64,000 bases of DNA from Octopus bimaculoides. Its lineage: Eukaryota. The position numbers were made by a program, and so were the translations under genes. Under the pieces are notes generated by a model. The model was not told where the DNA came from and searched no databases. It worked only from the letters and a program-made list of their open reading frames with translations. Location: positions 92,468,161-92,532,160 of the forward strand of contig NC_068990.1 in the NCBI RefSeq assembly GCF_001194135.2, written 5' to 3'. Positions 11,209-24,233 of this stretch are shown in pieces; positions within the stretch are counted from its first letter, which is position 1; each line of letters starts with the position of its first letter.

Positions 11209-11535
11209 GTAATAATATAAGCAAAATACTTTCTGTGTAATCTCAAATTTGAAAACAAACTCATAATTTTCTTATGGTTTCTTAAACATTCTCTAGAACA
11301 ATATTATGTAGAAAACCAAATATATGGCACCCTAGGCATAAAACCAACATGAACTTCTAACTTGTTGTCTCTTGAGGTCTCTGGGTGAGAGTTGGCGCCA
11401 ACTTGTACAAATACAAAGCAAAAGTCAAACATAAAATAATAATAATAATAATAATAACTTTGCAATAAGTATGGACTTGACAGAATGAAAATTGGTATGA
11501 CCACAAACCCGAAAGCATCATCAAAAATATTTTGT
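11066..11535 (+). mobile_element. Pile-up of three RLE-LINE fragments separated by (AAT)n
   Basis: UTR copies of the elements at 3.8 kb and 1.3 kb, plus an internal fragment reading CNKYGL../NWYDHKPESIIKN. Confidence 0.7.
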
Positions 11536-12073
11536 GGGAGGATGATAATTGATTACATTGACCCCATTTCATTGGTCCTGAAAGGGTGAAAAGCACACTC
11601 AACCTCAGCTGAGTTTAAACTCAGAATGTAAAGATGGACAAAACATCACTAAGCATTTTGTCCAGCGCTAACAACTCAGCCGCTTTACCACTTTCATAAT
11701 AATAATAATGGTTTCAGATTTTGCTACAAGAGCAGCCATTTTAGGGGAATGGAGTAAGATGATTACATTGACCCCAGTATTCAATTGGTACTTATTTTAT
11801 CAACCCTGAAAGGATGAAAGGCAAAGATGACCTTGGGGGAATTTGAACTCAGAACTTAGCGATGGGCAAAATTCTTCTAAGCATTTCGTCCAGCGCCCTA
11901 ACTATTCTGCCAAATTGCCACCTTAATAATAATAACAATTCTTTGAAATTTTGGCACCAGGTAAGTCCATATGTGTTTGCCAAATAACCTCTTTCACCTC
12001 AGACACCAGACAGAGGAAAACTACCCATCTCTCCTTTGCAATTAATCTTCTACTTACTTTTCTCTATTTCAAG

Positions 12074-12215
12074 GTGGTTCTCTTACTGGGAATCCAGAGC
12101 TTACCTGGATGGTGAATACATGAAACCAGGAGTTGGACTTTATGAAGAAACTATATTATCTTTACCAGGAACCTTGAAGATCAACAAGGAAGACAAATCT
12201 GTTGCTTTAATTCTG
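12074..12215 (+). CDS. LLTP exon i
   Basis: Acceptor tctctatttcaag|, donor CTG|GTAATT (phase 0). Encodes (R)WFSYWESRAYLDGEYMKPGVGLYEETILSLPGTLKINKEDKSVALIL. PGVGL is reminiscent of the PTxxGLPL motif of the DUF1943 beta-sheet. Confidence 0.75.
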
Positions 12216-12601
12216 GTAATTATCTCTGCGTCTTTTATGCTCCCTTTTCCTTCATGCAAAATGGTTCAGGTGTTGTACTCATAACTGTAAGATTGTGGTT
12301 TTGATTCTGCCTCTGAGCAAAGCACTTCTTTTCACATAGTTCTTCTCTACTCAGCTGTGAATAGTTAAATCTGCAATGGGTCAGTGTTCCATTGACTGGC
12401 AGTGTTGTACTCTGTCACGTGTACATCAGGGAACCTCATACTTCAAGACTCCCATGGACCAAGACAGATCTAAGTCCTAGGTTTCCTTCATTAGGTCATA
12501 CCTCACGTTGGTGTGTTGTTGTATCTTCCAGACAGAAAACTACATTATATCCTACCTAAGTATTTGTTAGAGCAATGAACATGAGGCTTACAGCCTTCTC
12601 C

Positions 12602-12660
<59 letters not shown>

Positions 12661-13022
12661 TAAAATTACTATATAATTAAAATGAGAGAAAAGCATAATT
12701 TAGTGTCCATTATAACAAGGGTTTGTGTGTTACATGGCTAGCTAGAGGTGATGGCCTCTTGGAGCTAATCAACGGCAGCCTTCGTCCTATTTTCCTGGAC
12801 TGCCATGTTAGCTTGTTGATAACTATTAATATCCAGTACCGCTGCCGTAGTCTCCTTTAGAGAGACTTAGAAATATTAATATTTCTATTATATTTATACA
12901 TCTCTCATAAATGTAATTATATATATTTTAAATATATTTTAAGACATACATTCTTAGAATTCTTTTTATGAATTATTGTTATCATCATCATCATTATTAT
13001 TATCTTAATGTTATTATTGCAG

Positions 13023-13166
13023 GAGAAGGGCAAAACACCAACCTTGGATGTCTACAAGAGTTTCTACAACTTTGTTGAATTTGAACCCATGCAGAAGTTG
13101 GTGGAAGGTTTTATTCCAAGACTGATTGAGGATGACTTTGTACAACCAGACTCAAGAATCCTTGCA
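13023..13166 (+). CDS. LLTP exon j
   Basis: Acceptor tgcag|, donor GCA|GTGAGT, phase 0/0. Encodes EKGKTPTLDVYKSFYNFVEFEPMQKLVEGFIPRLIEDDFVQPDSRILA. Confidence 0.8.
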
Positions 13167-14478
13167 GTGAGTACAGGAGAACAATCTTCATACCATTTTC
13201 ATATTTACATCCCCCAAATAACTCATTTGAAATGAGGAATTCTGATCTATGAATGTTGTAACTTGCTGCCAATAAATAAAATGGGGCCTAGTGCACTGAT
13301 TTGCCTGAGGACCTATACAAAATTTCAATGGCACAACTTTGAACAATGCACTCTTTGAACGATGTACTCAATACAGGCAATGATCATCACCCAATAACAT
13401 AGTACATCTTATACTCTACAGAATCACCACCAAAAACTATGAGACAATCTATAAAACACATATTCTACAGCATTGCCTCTCAAGAAGAATGGCTTGAGGT
13501 GGGGGTGGGGTGGCAGTGGAAAAATGTTGATGGGTACCGAGGATGAAATGGGTAGCAGTAGGAATGACTGGTATGGCTTTGAAATTTCAAAAATAGCTTC
13601 AAATTTTATCCTGTAAGTAAATCATCTGTTATTGCCAGCTTCAAACTTTGGCACAAGGCCAGCAATTTCAGTAGAGGTGGGTAAGTTGGTTATATTAACC
13701 CCAGTGTTTAACTGGTACTTATTTTATCAATCCCAAAAGGATGAAAGGCAAAGTCAATCTTGATGGCATTTGAACTCAGAACATAAAGACGGATGAAATG
13801 CCACCAAGCATTTTGACAGGTATATTAATGATTCCGTCAGATTGTCTGGTTATGTCAATAGCTGAAATATTATTTTGACATTCCAAGTTGTCCTTTAATA
13901 GTGATTAGCCATTCTTGTAGCAATTTTTATGGTGTATTTGATTTTGTTGAATTTTAGCAAGGAGGCATAGGAAAAGTGCCATAAAGGGAAAAAGAGGAGC
14001 AATGGTTAGAAAATTTTGAAGAACTCTTGTCAGAATCATACTCAATAATGCCACACTCTACCTATTGAACATATAACTTACACAATCAATAACAACAAGT
14101 CTAGGACATTAACCCTTCCATGCACAATAAGCCCCAAGGACAACAGAGGATGATTTAAAACTTCTTAATACATTGGAGAGGGGGTAATTAACCTAGGGGG
14201 TTAATCGTCCTGTAACTACTCTTACATAATTGATGCCTAATATAGCAAATTATACATTTTCGTTATCCAGTCATCCAGTCATTTACTTGTTTCAGTCATC
14301 TGACTGTGGCCATGCTGGTGCACCATCTTTAGTCAAACAAATCAACCCCAGGACATTCTTTGTAAGTCTCTTTTGCCGAAACGCTAAGTTATGGGGACAT
14401 AAACACACCAACATCGGTTGACAAGTGATGGTGGTGGTGGGGACAAGCAGAGACACACACATAAATATATACATATAC

Positions 14479-14535
<57 letters not shown>

Positions 14536-14733
14536 AGGCTTCCTTCAGTTTTTGACTACCAAATCCACTCACAAGGCTTTGGTCGGCCCGAGGCTATAGT
14601 AGAAGACACTTGCCCAAGGTGCCATGTAGTGGGACTGAACCCTGAACCACGTGGTTGGGAAGCAACCAAATTACCACACAGCTATGCTGCACCTACACTA
14701 TGTTTTTTTTATTTACTTTTCCAATCGTTTCAG

Positions 14734-15060
14734 TATGCCCTGGCCCTTGGTCCAGTAAACATTGGTGGACTCATCCCAGAATCCTGGAAACAACCCCTCA
14801 GTGCAATCATTTCTTTGATCTATGGTGTCCATCATCAGCGAGTGTTTGCTGAGTCTTCAGATGTTAAGAAACTCGTCAAAGCTGCTGTCAGTATGAAACC
14901 TTGTACAAGTCCGATGACTGGAAGAATTGTATCCTTGGTTCTTTTGGCTGAAGATGGAACAAAATATGTTGATGTAAGGGGAGGAGTTTGTTATTTGGTT
15001 GAGAAAACTCAATTGAAGGCTGAATTACTTGCAGAATTAGTCCCAAAAGATTCTGAAAAG
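14734..15060 (+). CDS. LLTP exon k
   Basis: Acceptor tttcag|, donor AAG|GTATTC. 109 open codons, YALALGPVNIGG...LVPKDSEK. Confidence 0.85.
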
Positions 15061-16151
15061 GTATTCTTTTTTACTCTTTTTATTAACATTTGATGAGTTA
15101 AATTGTTTAGTGGAATCCAACAGTGATTCAATGGCATTGAGATAAAAAATATTGATCTACTGGTCACATTGTCAATAGGTTAAACCTGCCACTACTACTA
15201 GAGTCAAAATGTTGTGCTTCTGTATATGGCAAAGATTTAACTCTGCATTCCACAGTCTACCTGGCTGACTGCAGGTTTCACTCCTAACTTCACTGTTGAA
15301 TGTTTAATGACAGGAAGTGAATCCATCAGCAGAAATTGCTAATACAAAAGTTCTAACAGAGGAAAATGGATGTAAGACAATAAAATGCCTGAAAATATCC
15401 GAAAACTAAATAAATAAGATAAAAAGTTTTTAAAAACTGTAACCTCAACATTGAAAGATTTTAGATAAATGATTCTCAGTCATTTTTCCCCAGATTAACA
15501 CCATTTTTAATCTAAAATTCCTCTAAATTTAATCTAAATGCCACTCTACACCAGTAACAACTTTTATTCACAATAACAGATTGGACTCTTATGATATTGT
15601 TAGGTATGGCAATAAAAGCTATTTAACATAATGTGGAGCTTTCCTCAGTGTTTTCCACTTGAAATGTACTCTCACCATTTCCAAGCAGTGATGTTGCTCA
15701 TTCTGAAAAAACCTGTTGTAAATGATAGATAATCCCACGCCATCATTTGATGTCTATATTCCATGTTGGCATGGGTTTGATGGGTTGACAGGATCTAATA
15801 GACCCAGGACTGCATTGTGCTCCAGTGCCTAACATGATTTTTCTGGATGGATGCCTTTCCTAATGCCAACCATTTTCTAGTGTGTATTGAGTGTTGTTTT
15901 TCATACCACTGCCTCTAGTAAGGATGCCATGCAGTTTGCAAGACTACAAATCCCAAGTGGGATGGGAAATTTTATGCTAGGAAAATTAGGGGTAGAAAGG
16001 GGCACAATATGAGAGAAAAAGCCAGAGCAGAATGGGTTTTTTGCAGTAAAGTAGGGACATGACTTCTCTTATAAGAGAAATAGTGGGGGGCTGGAAAGTA
16101 ATGATGAGAAATGATTGATTATCCCTCCATGAATGTATTTATTTTTTTCAG

Positions 16152-17675
16152 AAACAAGTGAAAGCTGTCGTAAAAGTGCCATTGAGGGATCCTTCTCCAG
16201 TAAAATGTCTTTGGGATAGAGAATACCAGGAACAAGTTAAAGAACAATTAGCAAATGTTTCAAGACAGAACATAAAAATGCTTCCTTATCTGGTGCCACA
16301 TTGGCAGGCAAGGATGGCTGATGAATTGAATGTCTTTACTCAATATAGCGCTTCAAAACAAGATCCCAAAGTTACTTTGCTTGATCCAGTTACAGACACA
16401 CAATTAGAGTTATGGCAATTGGAAGTTCTTGAAAAAGTTGAAGACCAGAGACTATCAATTTCATCTTTGAATGTAAGGAAAAATTTCACCAAACTTGTCA
16501 CTGAGGTCTTAGAGTTGAATGTAAAAGTGATCAAATACATTAATGAATCTCTAAAACTGACTTCCCAGGATGTCTTGCAGACAGTGAAATATTTCCATCA
16601 ACGCAATGTAATAATTGCCTGTCAGACAAGAATATCAAAACATGTTGAAGAAATGTTCAAGGTTATTTCAGTAACCATAAATACCTCAGAATCTTCACAA
16701 AGGCAAGTTCTCAAGAAACAACTGGTAATTCTGCAACGCATCTTTGTCGAGAAAGTTAAGCAACACATACAAACAGTTAGTCCAGTTATTCTGAAAAAAC
16801 TTCCTGTTGAACGCCAAGTACTCTATAGAAATGCATTGCTTATTGAAAAATTGTATCTGGAAATGACTCCATCTAACATCAATGAAACTAGTAGGAATAT
16901 CTCTCTAAGATTAGATCTGCTCCTGAAGGAATTGCCAAAACTCTTTGACTTTGACACAGAAGAAACAGAACTCTTACTTCTTGAAATTTATCGCCTCAGA
17001 TTTTATCCAACCATAATTCTAAATGAAACTCAGCGCTCAGTTGGTTGCAAGTTCCAGAAGATACTGTTGAAATCTTGGCATCTCCAACAAGATGTTGTTG
17101 TCTATGAAAAACTATTGTCTGAAATAAGATACTACAACATGACATGTGGTAAGTTGAGTGCAAGCTGTTTCTCACTTAATCTCAAGTATATGGTACTCCG
17201 TCTTCTGCATGATTTCATGGAATACAAGAGAGCCAGTTGGGAAAACATAATTGAAGAAAAACCAGAAAGAATACTTTCTGCTTTCCAACAACTCTATCAA
17301 ACTTTGGACATTGGTGTTAAATTAGTTGAAATGAAAGAACCAAACCTTCAGAGTTTATCTGAAGATGGAGGACTCCCACTGTACATTGAATTGAACGAAT
17401 TTTTGGTGAAACTTCAACAGATTTCCCTTTATCTTTTGAATGAACCTTCAAGTGACTGGCATGCAATTGTCTCTCAGAATACTGACATAAAAAAGAAACA
17501 GCTGAAGAAATCTATTGTTGAATTGTTTGAAAGAGTTCAAAGAATTTCCAGAGTCGAATCTAGCAAAATTCTCAAACCCCGTTTACATTCCAAGTCAAAA
17601 GCATGTGACATTCCAAAGAGTATTGAAGTTGAAATTGTATTTGAACTTAATGAAAAACCATTGGTAACTGTGAAG
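16152..17675 (+). CDS. LLTP exon l (1524 nt, Leu/Glu/Lys-rich, probably helical)
   Basis: Acceptor tttttttcag|, donor AAG|GTAAGT. 508 open codons, phase 0/0; contains ORF 16158..17696. Confidence 0.9.
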
Positions 17676-17994
17676 GTAAGTAGATTGCTTCTTTGAAGAA
17701 CATGTTCTTCATATTTACAGGATTCTTAGATTAACTCATATCTACTTCGGTATGTGCCATGCTACTGGAAGTGAATGTACGTTTGTAAGGGAGTATGCAC
17801 ATATTTGCATGTGTGCATCAGGTGTGTGTGAGCATGTATATGTATGGTGATGTGTCTGTATGTGTGAGAGAGCATGTATGAATGTGCATATGTACATATG
17901 TGCATGCATGTGTGTGCATGCATGTGTGTGCATGCATGTGTGTGCATGCATGTGTGTATGTATGGGTAAGAGCATGCATGTATGTGCAATAGCT

Positions 17995-18140
17995 GCAGGC
18001 ACAGCTATGTGGTTAAGAAGTTTGCTTTCCAACCATGTGGTCTTGAGTTCAGTCCTACTGCTTGGCAAATGTCTTCTACTATAGCCCCAGGTCAACCAAA
18101 GTCTTGTAGGAAGATTTGATTGATGGAAACTGAAAAAAGC
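17995..18140 (+). mobile_element. tRNA-derived SINE, family B
   Basis: GTGGTTAAGAAGTTTGCTT.CCAACCA.GTGGT...GGTTCAGTCC.ACTG...GGCAAGTGTCTTCT. Copies at about 9420, 25470, 46810, 52320 and 62735 (+) and about 14535 and 49255 (-). Confidence 0.85.
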
Positions 18141-18160
18141 TCTTTTAAAAATGTATATAA

Positions 18161-18199
<39 letters not shown>

Positions 18200-19689
18200 N
18201 NNNNNNNNNTATGTATGTATGTATGTATGTATGTATGCATGCACGTATGTATGTATGTGTGTCTGTGTATGTGTATGTATGTGTATGTGTGTGTGTGTGT
18301 GCTTGTGTTCTTAACGTCATAAGAATTTTATATACTCTCCAGAGAACGTTAAATAATTCTTTTTTTTTTAGAATTGTCAATCTCGAAGCACAGCTAAAGC
18401 TATAAAATAATTCGCATGCAAACATTGGGTTGAAAAACCCTTTTGGATAAAAAAAACAAAAAAAAAACACGGGCAGCGTTCGCCATTTTTTTTTCTTTTG
18501 CCTGAAAAGCTCACACTCTAAAATTTTGTTTTAACAGTAATGTAGTGTTTGTTGAGGCCGGTCAGCAAATGGCCATTGGTTTCATGTCTATTTATGCACT
18601 TAGCAACATAGGCGACTCATCGAACCTACTGGGTGCAAATATATATATATATATGNNNNNNNNNNNNNNNNNNNNNNNNNNNNNNNNNNNNNNNNNNNNN
18701 NNNNNNNNNNNNNNNNNNNNNNNNNNNNNNNNNNNNNNNNNNNNNNNNNNNNNNNNNNNNNNNNNNNNNNNNNNNNNNNNNNNNNNNNNNNNNNNNNNNN
18801 NNNNNNNNNNNNNNNNNNNNNNNNNNNNNNNNNNNNNNNNNNNNNNNNNNNNNNNNNNNNNNNNNNNNNNNNNNNNNNNNNNNNNNNNNNNNNNNNNNNN
18901 NNNNNNNNNNNNNNNNNNNNNNNNNNNNNNNNNNNNNNNNNNNNNNNNNNNNNNNNNNNNNNNNNNNNNNNNNNNNNNNNNNNNNNNNNNNNNNNNNNNN
19001 NNNNNNNNNNNNNNNNNNNNNNNNNNNNNNNNNNNNNNNNNNNNNNNNNNNNNNNNNNNNNNNNNNNNNNNNNNNNNNNNNNNNNNNNNNNNNNNNNNNN
19101 NNNNNNNNNNNNNNNNNNNNNNNNNNNNNNNNNNNNNNNNNNNNNNNNNNNNNNNNNNNNNNNNNNNNNNNNNNNNNNNNNNNNNNNNNNNNNNNNNNNN
19201 NNNNNNNNNNNNNNNNNNNNNNNNNNNNNNNNNNNNNNNNNNNNNNNNNNNNNNNNNNNNNNNNNNNNNNNNNNNNNNNNNNNNNNNNNNNNNNNNNNNN
19301 NNNNNNNNNNNNNNNNNNNNNNNNNNNNNNNNNNNNNNNNNNNNNNNNNNNNNNNNNNNNNNNNNNNNNNNNNNNNNNNNNNNNNNNNNNNNNNNNNNNN
19401 NNNNNNNNNNNNNNNNNNNNNNNNNNNNNNNNNNNNNNNNNNNNNNNNNNNNNNNNNNNNNNNNNNNNNNNNNNNNNNNNNNNNNNNNNNNNNNNNNNNN
19501 NNNNNNNNNNNNNNNNNNNNNNNNNNNNNNNNNNGATGAGTAAATTTTCGCAATTTTATATTTTTATTTTCGCGTATGCGTATTGTTTGCTTTTGATTTT
19601 GTCGGCTAGAGAGTATAGTAGGGTCGGTTGGGCACCGTCTGTGAGAAAACAGCACCACGACGCAATTCACTCTGCCGGAAATTTGGACT

Positions 19690-19709
19690 AAACCCTAACC
19701 CTAACCCTA
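19690..19709. repeat. Short interstitial (CCCTAA)n telomere-like tract
   Basis: aaaccctaaccctaaccctag inside a larger dispersed-repeat-like segment. Confidence 0.5.
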
Positions 19710-19899
19710 GCCCCAGCATGGCCGTAGCCTAATGACTGCAACAAGTAAAAGATAAAAGATAAATGATACACATTTAAAATAGAGAGAGACACAGAAGCAA
19801 GTCCAATTAATAGTTAACAAAACAGATGAACAGTAATCTCTTATAATAGGAGCAAAGTTTGTCCTGTTGTCATTAAACAAGCTGAGTTAAGTCGTATGT

Positions 19900-20370
19900 A
19901 TCTATTCTTTGACTCTTTTTCTTTTGACTGGCCACATGCTTCGTAGCAAGGTGGTGAAGGAAAGAATCTTTTGTTCATCGTCGTTAAATGTTTTGAATAC
20001 CTTGCAGACATTTATTGTACCAGACATCACGAACCCTAGTAGCGTATGAATTAAGGTGCTGTATTATTTCCTCATGAGCCCAAGTTAAGTCATACTTTGT
20101 TCCAGACCAGTTGGTATTCATCCCGTTTATCCTGTTTTAGGTACAAGATTTGGAAACTCCTTATCCGTGTTAAGTAGATGTCCTCTTTCTCTTGTATTTT
20201 CCAGACGACATTGATACCCGAGGAGCAGCTGCGTTCCACAGTAGAGCATATATTCTTCTTGTGGCTCCGCATAACAATATATGGCCGGTTGTGTTAAACT
20301 TGGTAGCTGTTTTAATTCTTAAGTTTCACCAGTATGCGTTCGAGCGATTGGTCTAAGTATAGTCAACTTC
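19900..20370 (-). mobile_element. Possible BEL/Pao LTR-retrotransposon protease-region relic
   Basis: A stop-interrupted minus-strand reading ...HLLNTDKEFPNLVPK...IPTGL...LIHTLLGFVMSGT resembles the TxLGWVxSG motif. Confidence 0.3.
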
Positions 20371-20471
20371 ATTGGTAATTTCTCTTTTGCTATTCTGTAT
20401 GTATGTATGTATGTATGTATGTATGTATGTATGTACGTGTATTTGTTTCTATCTATCTACGCACAGACTTG

Positions 20472-20515
<44 letters not shown>

Positions 20516-21166
20516 CACACATTGCATTAAGCCTTGGAGGTCGGACACGAAACACATGGAATGATACACACATATACACACAGATATACAACACAAATAT
20601 ACAATTAACAACCGCAATCAAACACACACATAATATGCAAGCATACACACATATACACATATATAAGCGCTATATATTACAGAACACGTGTTCGGTAATA
20701 TATAGCCAAACACATTGAAACACATATATACACACATAATCATTCGGGGTTACGCAGATATTGACAATATATGCACACATACATGCAAACATACATACAT
20801 ATATACATATATACATATATAAATACATACATACATACATGCATGTATTTATTTAAAGAGATACATATATACATGTACACACACACACATCCACACACAT
20901 TCATACATATACGTGTATACATATCCATATATACTTGAATATATACGCACAACTAAATGGCTGAACATTTCTCGATTAGCATCGAACATACACACACAAA
21001 TATAAACGTGGTTATGTATGTGTGTGTGTGTGTGTGTGTGTGTGCGTACGGGTGTGTGTGTGTGTAAGTGTGCGCGCGTGCGTGTATGTGTTTGCATATC
21101 TGTGTTTGTATGTCATTTTATGTCGTTCGTTGGTGACTCTCTCAGCTCTCTCTTACCTCTCTCTCT

Positions 21167-21236
<70 letters not shown>

Positions 21237-21390
21237 CTATAAATATTAATATACACGCATATATATTTATGCACACACATAAACACACGCATACACGAAT
21301 TCGTACGAGTGGGTGTATTTATTGCCATTATGTATGTGTGTGTGTGTGTGTGTACACAGAATAGGTGTGTATTTATGTACAATATAGAAA

Positions 21391-21453
<63 letters not shown>

Positions 21454-21605
21454 TAATAATAATAATAATCATCTCAGCAATATGTAGATGCAGAAGTTTG
21501 CATGAATAATGACAGATGTACTGCCTGGGTGGAAATATCTTCAAAACAGTATTTCATCTACAACTGAATAAAAATACGACCATTGAGTTCATATTTATTT
21601 TACAG

Positions 21606-21752
21606 GCAAACTTCCAGAAAACACCAGAACAACTGAAGAAAGAAGCCGATATTGGATTATTCTACTTCATACATGAAGAAAGATTAAGTCGTCCTTATCC
21701 TAATATAACCAAAGATCTAATCCGAAGCCTTAACAGTTACAAATCTGTTCAG
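21606..21752 (+). CDS. LLTP exon m
   Basis: Acceptor ttttacag|. Encodes ANFQKTPEQLKKEADIGLFYFIHEERLSRPYPNITKDLIRSLNSYKSVQ. The donor is uncertain: CAG|GTCATC at 21753 or in-frame AAT|GTAATT at 21774, both phase 0. Confidence 0.7.
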
Positions 21753-22827
21753 GTCATCGTTGACTGGCAAAATGTAATTATAAATTAAAAATTTTCAAAA
21801 CAGAACTAATTTTAATCATCCTGCTAAATTAGTTGTTCACGTTAGTTAATTGGTATTCCATCAGTTATGGCAATAAGAATTCCAGTTAATCCTGTTAACA
21901 GAACAGCCTGGCGGTGAAATTAATATGTAAGTGGCTAAGTACTCCACACACATGCAGATCCTTAATCTAGTTTTGAGGGAGATTCAACATGACACAGAAT
22001 GTGACAAGGTTGGCCCTTTGAAATACAGGTACAACCCATTTTTGCCAGCCAAATGAAGCAATGGGAAATAAAGTGCCTTGCTCAAGGAATCAAACTCACA
22101 ACCTTACAATCATGAGCCAAAAGCCCTAACCACTAAGCCAGTGCCGTCACTTACATTAGTTAAAAGCAAATGGGGTGAAGAGATGGGAGCACTGACCAGG
22201 GACCACAAGATATGAAATTTATGTTAGCATTTCGCAATTTGGTAAGATTCCATCGTGATAAAATTTATTGTTGCTGTTGCTATGTAGCTCTGATTAGTTC
22301 TGGCTAAGCTAACCCAAAACAAAGGTGGCTGTAGAAAGATTGATTTGATTCAATTTTGTGTTTTGCCTTTATAATGGAAAAATGATGGTGTTAGGAAGGG
22401 CATCCAGCTGTAGAGACCATGCCAAATCAGACTGGAGTCTGGTGCAGCCCCTCAGTTTACCAGCCTTGGTCAAACCATCCAACCCATGCAAACATGGACA
22501 TTGGATGTTAAATGATGATGAAAATGACTAACGATTAGTTAAAACCCTTAGCTAATAGCTTATTAAGGGGAAATTTAATTCTTACATTGATTAGTGCAAA
22601 TGACTACCTCAGTGTTGTTAATGATAGTGATGATGATGATGGCAACGATATATGTAGAAATAGCAACCCATGACCATATGTGTGTGATTGCCAATTTTCA
22701 GTAAGCTTTGTAATGGGTCAACAACTGACCAAGACTAAATCATGTTCAGTTGGGATTTTTAACATGATTTAATGGAGAGGCCAAAGTTAACTTATAGCAC
22801 ATTTTAGTCAATTAGATTTCACCACCA

Positions 22828-23180
22828 TTTACCATGTTACCAGCATCGCCTTACTGGCACTTGTACCGGTGGCACGTGAACAAAACATTCAAGCGAGGTC
22901 GTTGCCAGTGCCACTGGACTGACTCCTGTGCAGGTGGCACGTAAAAAACACCATTTGAGCATGGCTGTTGCCAGTACCATCTGACTGGCCCTAGTGCCAG
23001 TGGCACGTAAAAGCACCCACGACACTCTCGGAGTGGTTGGCATTAGGAAGGGCATCCAGCTGTAGAAACTCTGCCAGATCAGATTGGAGCCTGGTGCAGC
23101 CATCTGGTTCGCCAGTCCTCAGTCGAATCGTCCAACCCATGCCAGCATGGAAAGCGGACGTTAAACGATGATGATGATGA
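22828..23180 (+). mobile_element. Interspersed repeat, family D (internal GTGGCACGTAAAA..CACC subrepeats, (GAT)n tail)
   Basis: GGTTGGC.TTAGGAAGGGCATCCAGCTGTAGAAAC...CCAACCCATGC.AGCATGGAAA. Copies at about 22390, 27372, 43585 and 60620 (+) and about 15750, 50240, 62070 and 62385 (-). Confidence 0.85.
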
Positions 23181-23734
23181 TTTAGTAAGCAATATATTTA
23201 TATATTTTAAATATCACCCACCCACCCCACTACCACTACTTCATTTAGTTAATTTAAAGAAATTTAATGAAAAAAATTTCAGGAACTTATTTGTTACTTC
23301 AGGTTAGACATGACATTAAAATTGACCAATTTCTTCGTTTAAAAATTTAATCAAAACACAATTAGTGAACCTGCATAGTAAATCCAGTTGTGAAAAAAAC
23401 TGCCTTTGGTGCCATTAAAATATGTTTAATTTGCTAACGAGTTAATATTCCTGATACTCATCATCTGAGTGGATGATGTACAAGTTACAAAAGAAATAAA
23501 AATATCAAAATTAATTTTAAGAATCTTCAGATCCCAATCTGTAAACCCTTGAAGCACTCATCAGTTTAGCCATTGCTCCAGTTGTAGGGCATAAGCTTGC
23601 AGACCCCTGTATTTGAACTCACAACAGTTAGTTGGGCACTTCAGCAGTGACTGCTCTTCTCTTCCATTCTTATATACTCCTTAAAGGGTCAATGAAACTA
23701 TTATATGTAAAATACCTGCTTTTGTTCATTATAG

Positions 23735-23887
23735 AAACCTTTACCTCAACCTGTGGTAACTGTTCTTGGACACGTCAGAGATTGGATTAAATACTTACTT
23801 CGTGATTACCTTGTCATCAAGACTGTCCCTGAATCACAGATCAATAAAATTGAAATTATTGTCCAACAAATGATGAAGAGTAAAATG
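23735..23887 (+). CDS. LLTP exon n
   Basis: Acceptor cattatag|, donor ATG|GTGAGA, phase 0/0. Encodes KPLPQPVVTVLGHVRDWIKYLLRDYLVIKTVPESQINKIEIIVQQMMKSKM. Confidence 0.8.
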
Positions 23888-24233
23888 GTGAGAGAAAAAT
23901 TTTTATTTAAAACAATTTTTTCTTAAATGTTTTTTTTTTTATATTTCAAATAGCCATAAGTCTTCCGTTGGTTTAATTCTCTAGCACCAGAGGACTGTAC
24001 CTCCCCATTATTGTTCATTTATTATAGTGAGATGGATAGATATCCATAACAGTTGAATATGTTTATTTGCCAGAGACAAATCTGTGGCTGCTTTAGTCTA
24101 CAGGAATAACAAAACTATCATCAACATACACAACCACTTATGTCCCATTAAATATAAATTTGTATTACAGAAATCTTTCTTTTTTTTTCCATTGAACAAA
24201 CACTTATCCCTTTTCTTTTCTTTTTATTCCTAG

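Noticed and set aside
8722-16190. Short matches (FSLDKE, PKDS, QVKAVV) to cuttlefish yolk-derived ovarian peptides as I recall them
   Set aside because: Matches of 4-5 residues in about 1400 aa are within chance and rest on memory. A BLAST against Sepia yolk-protein precursors would settle it.
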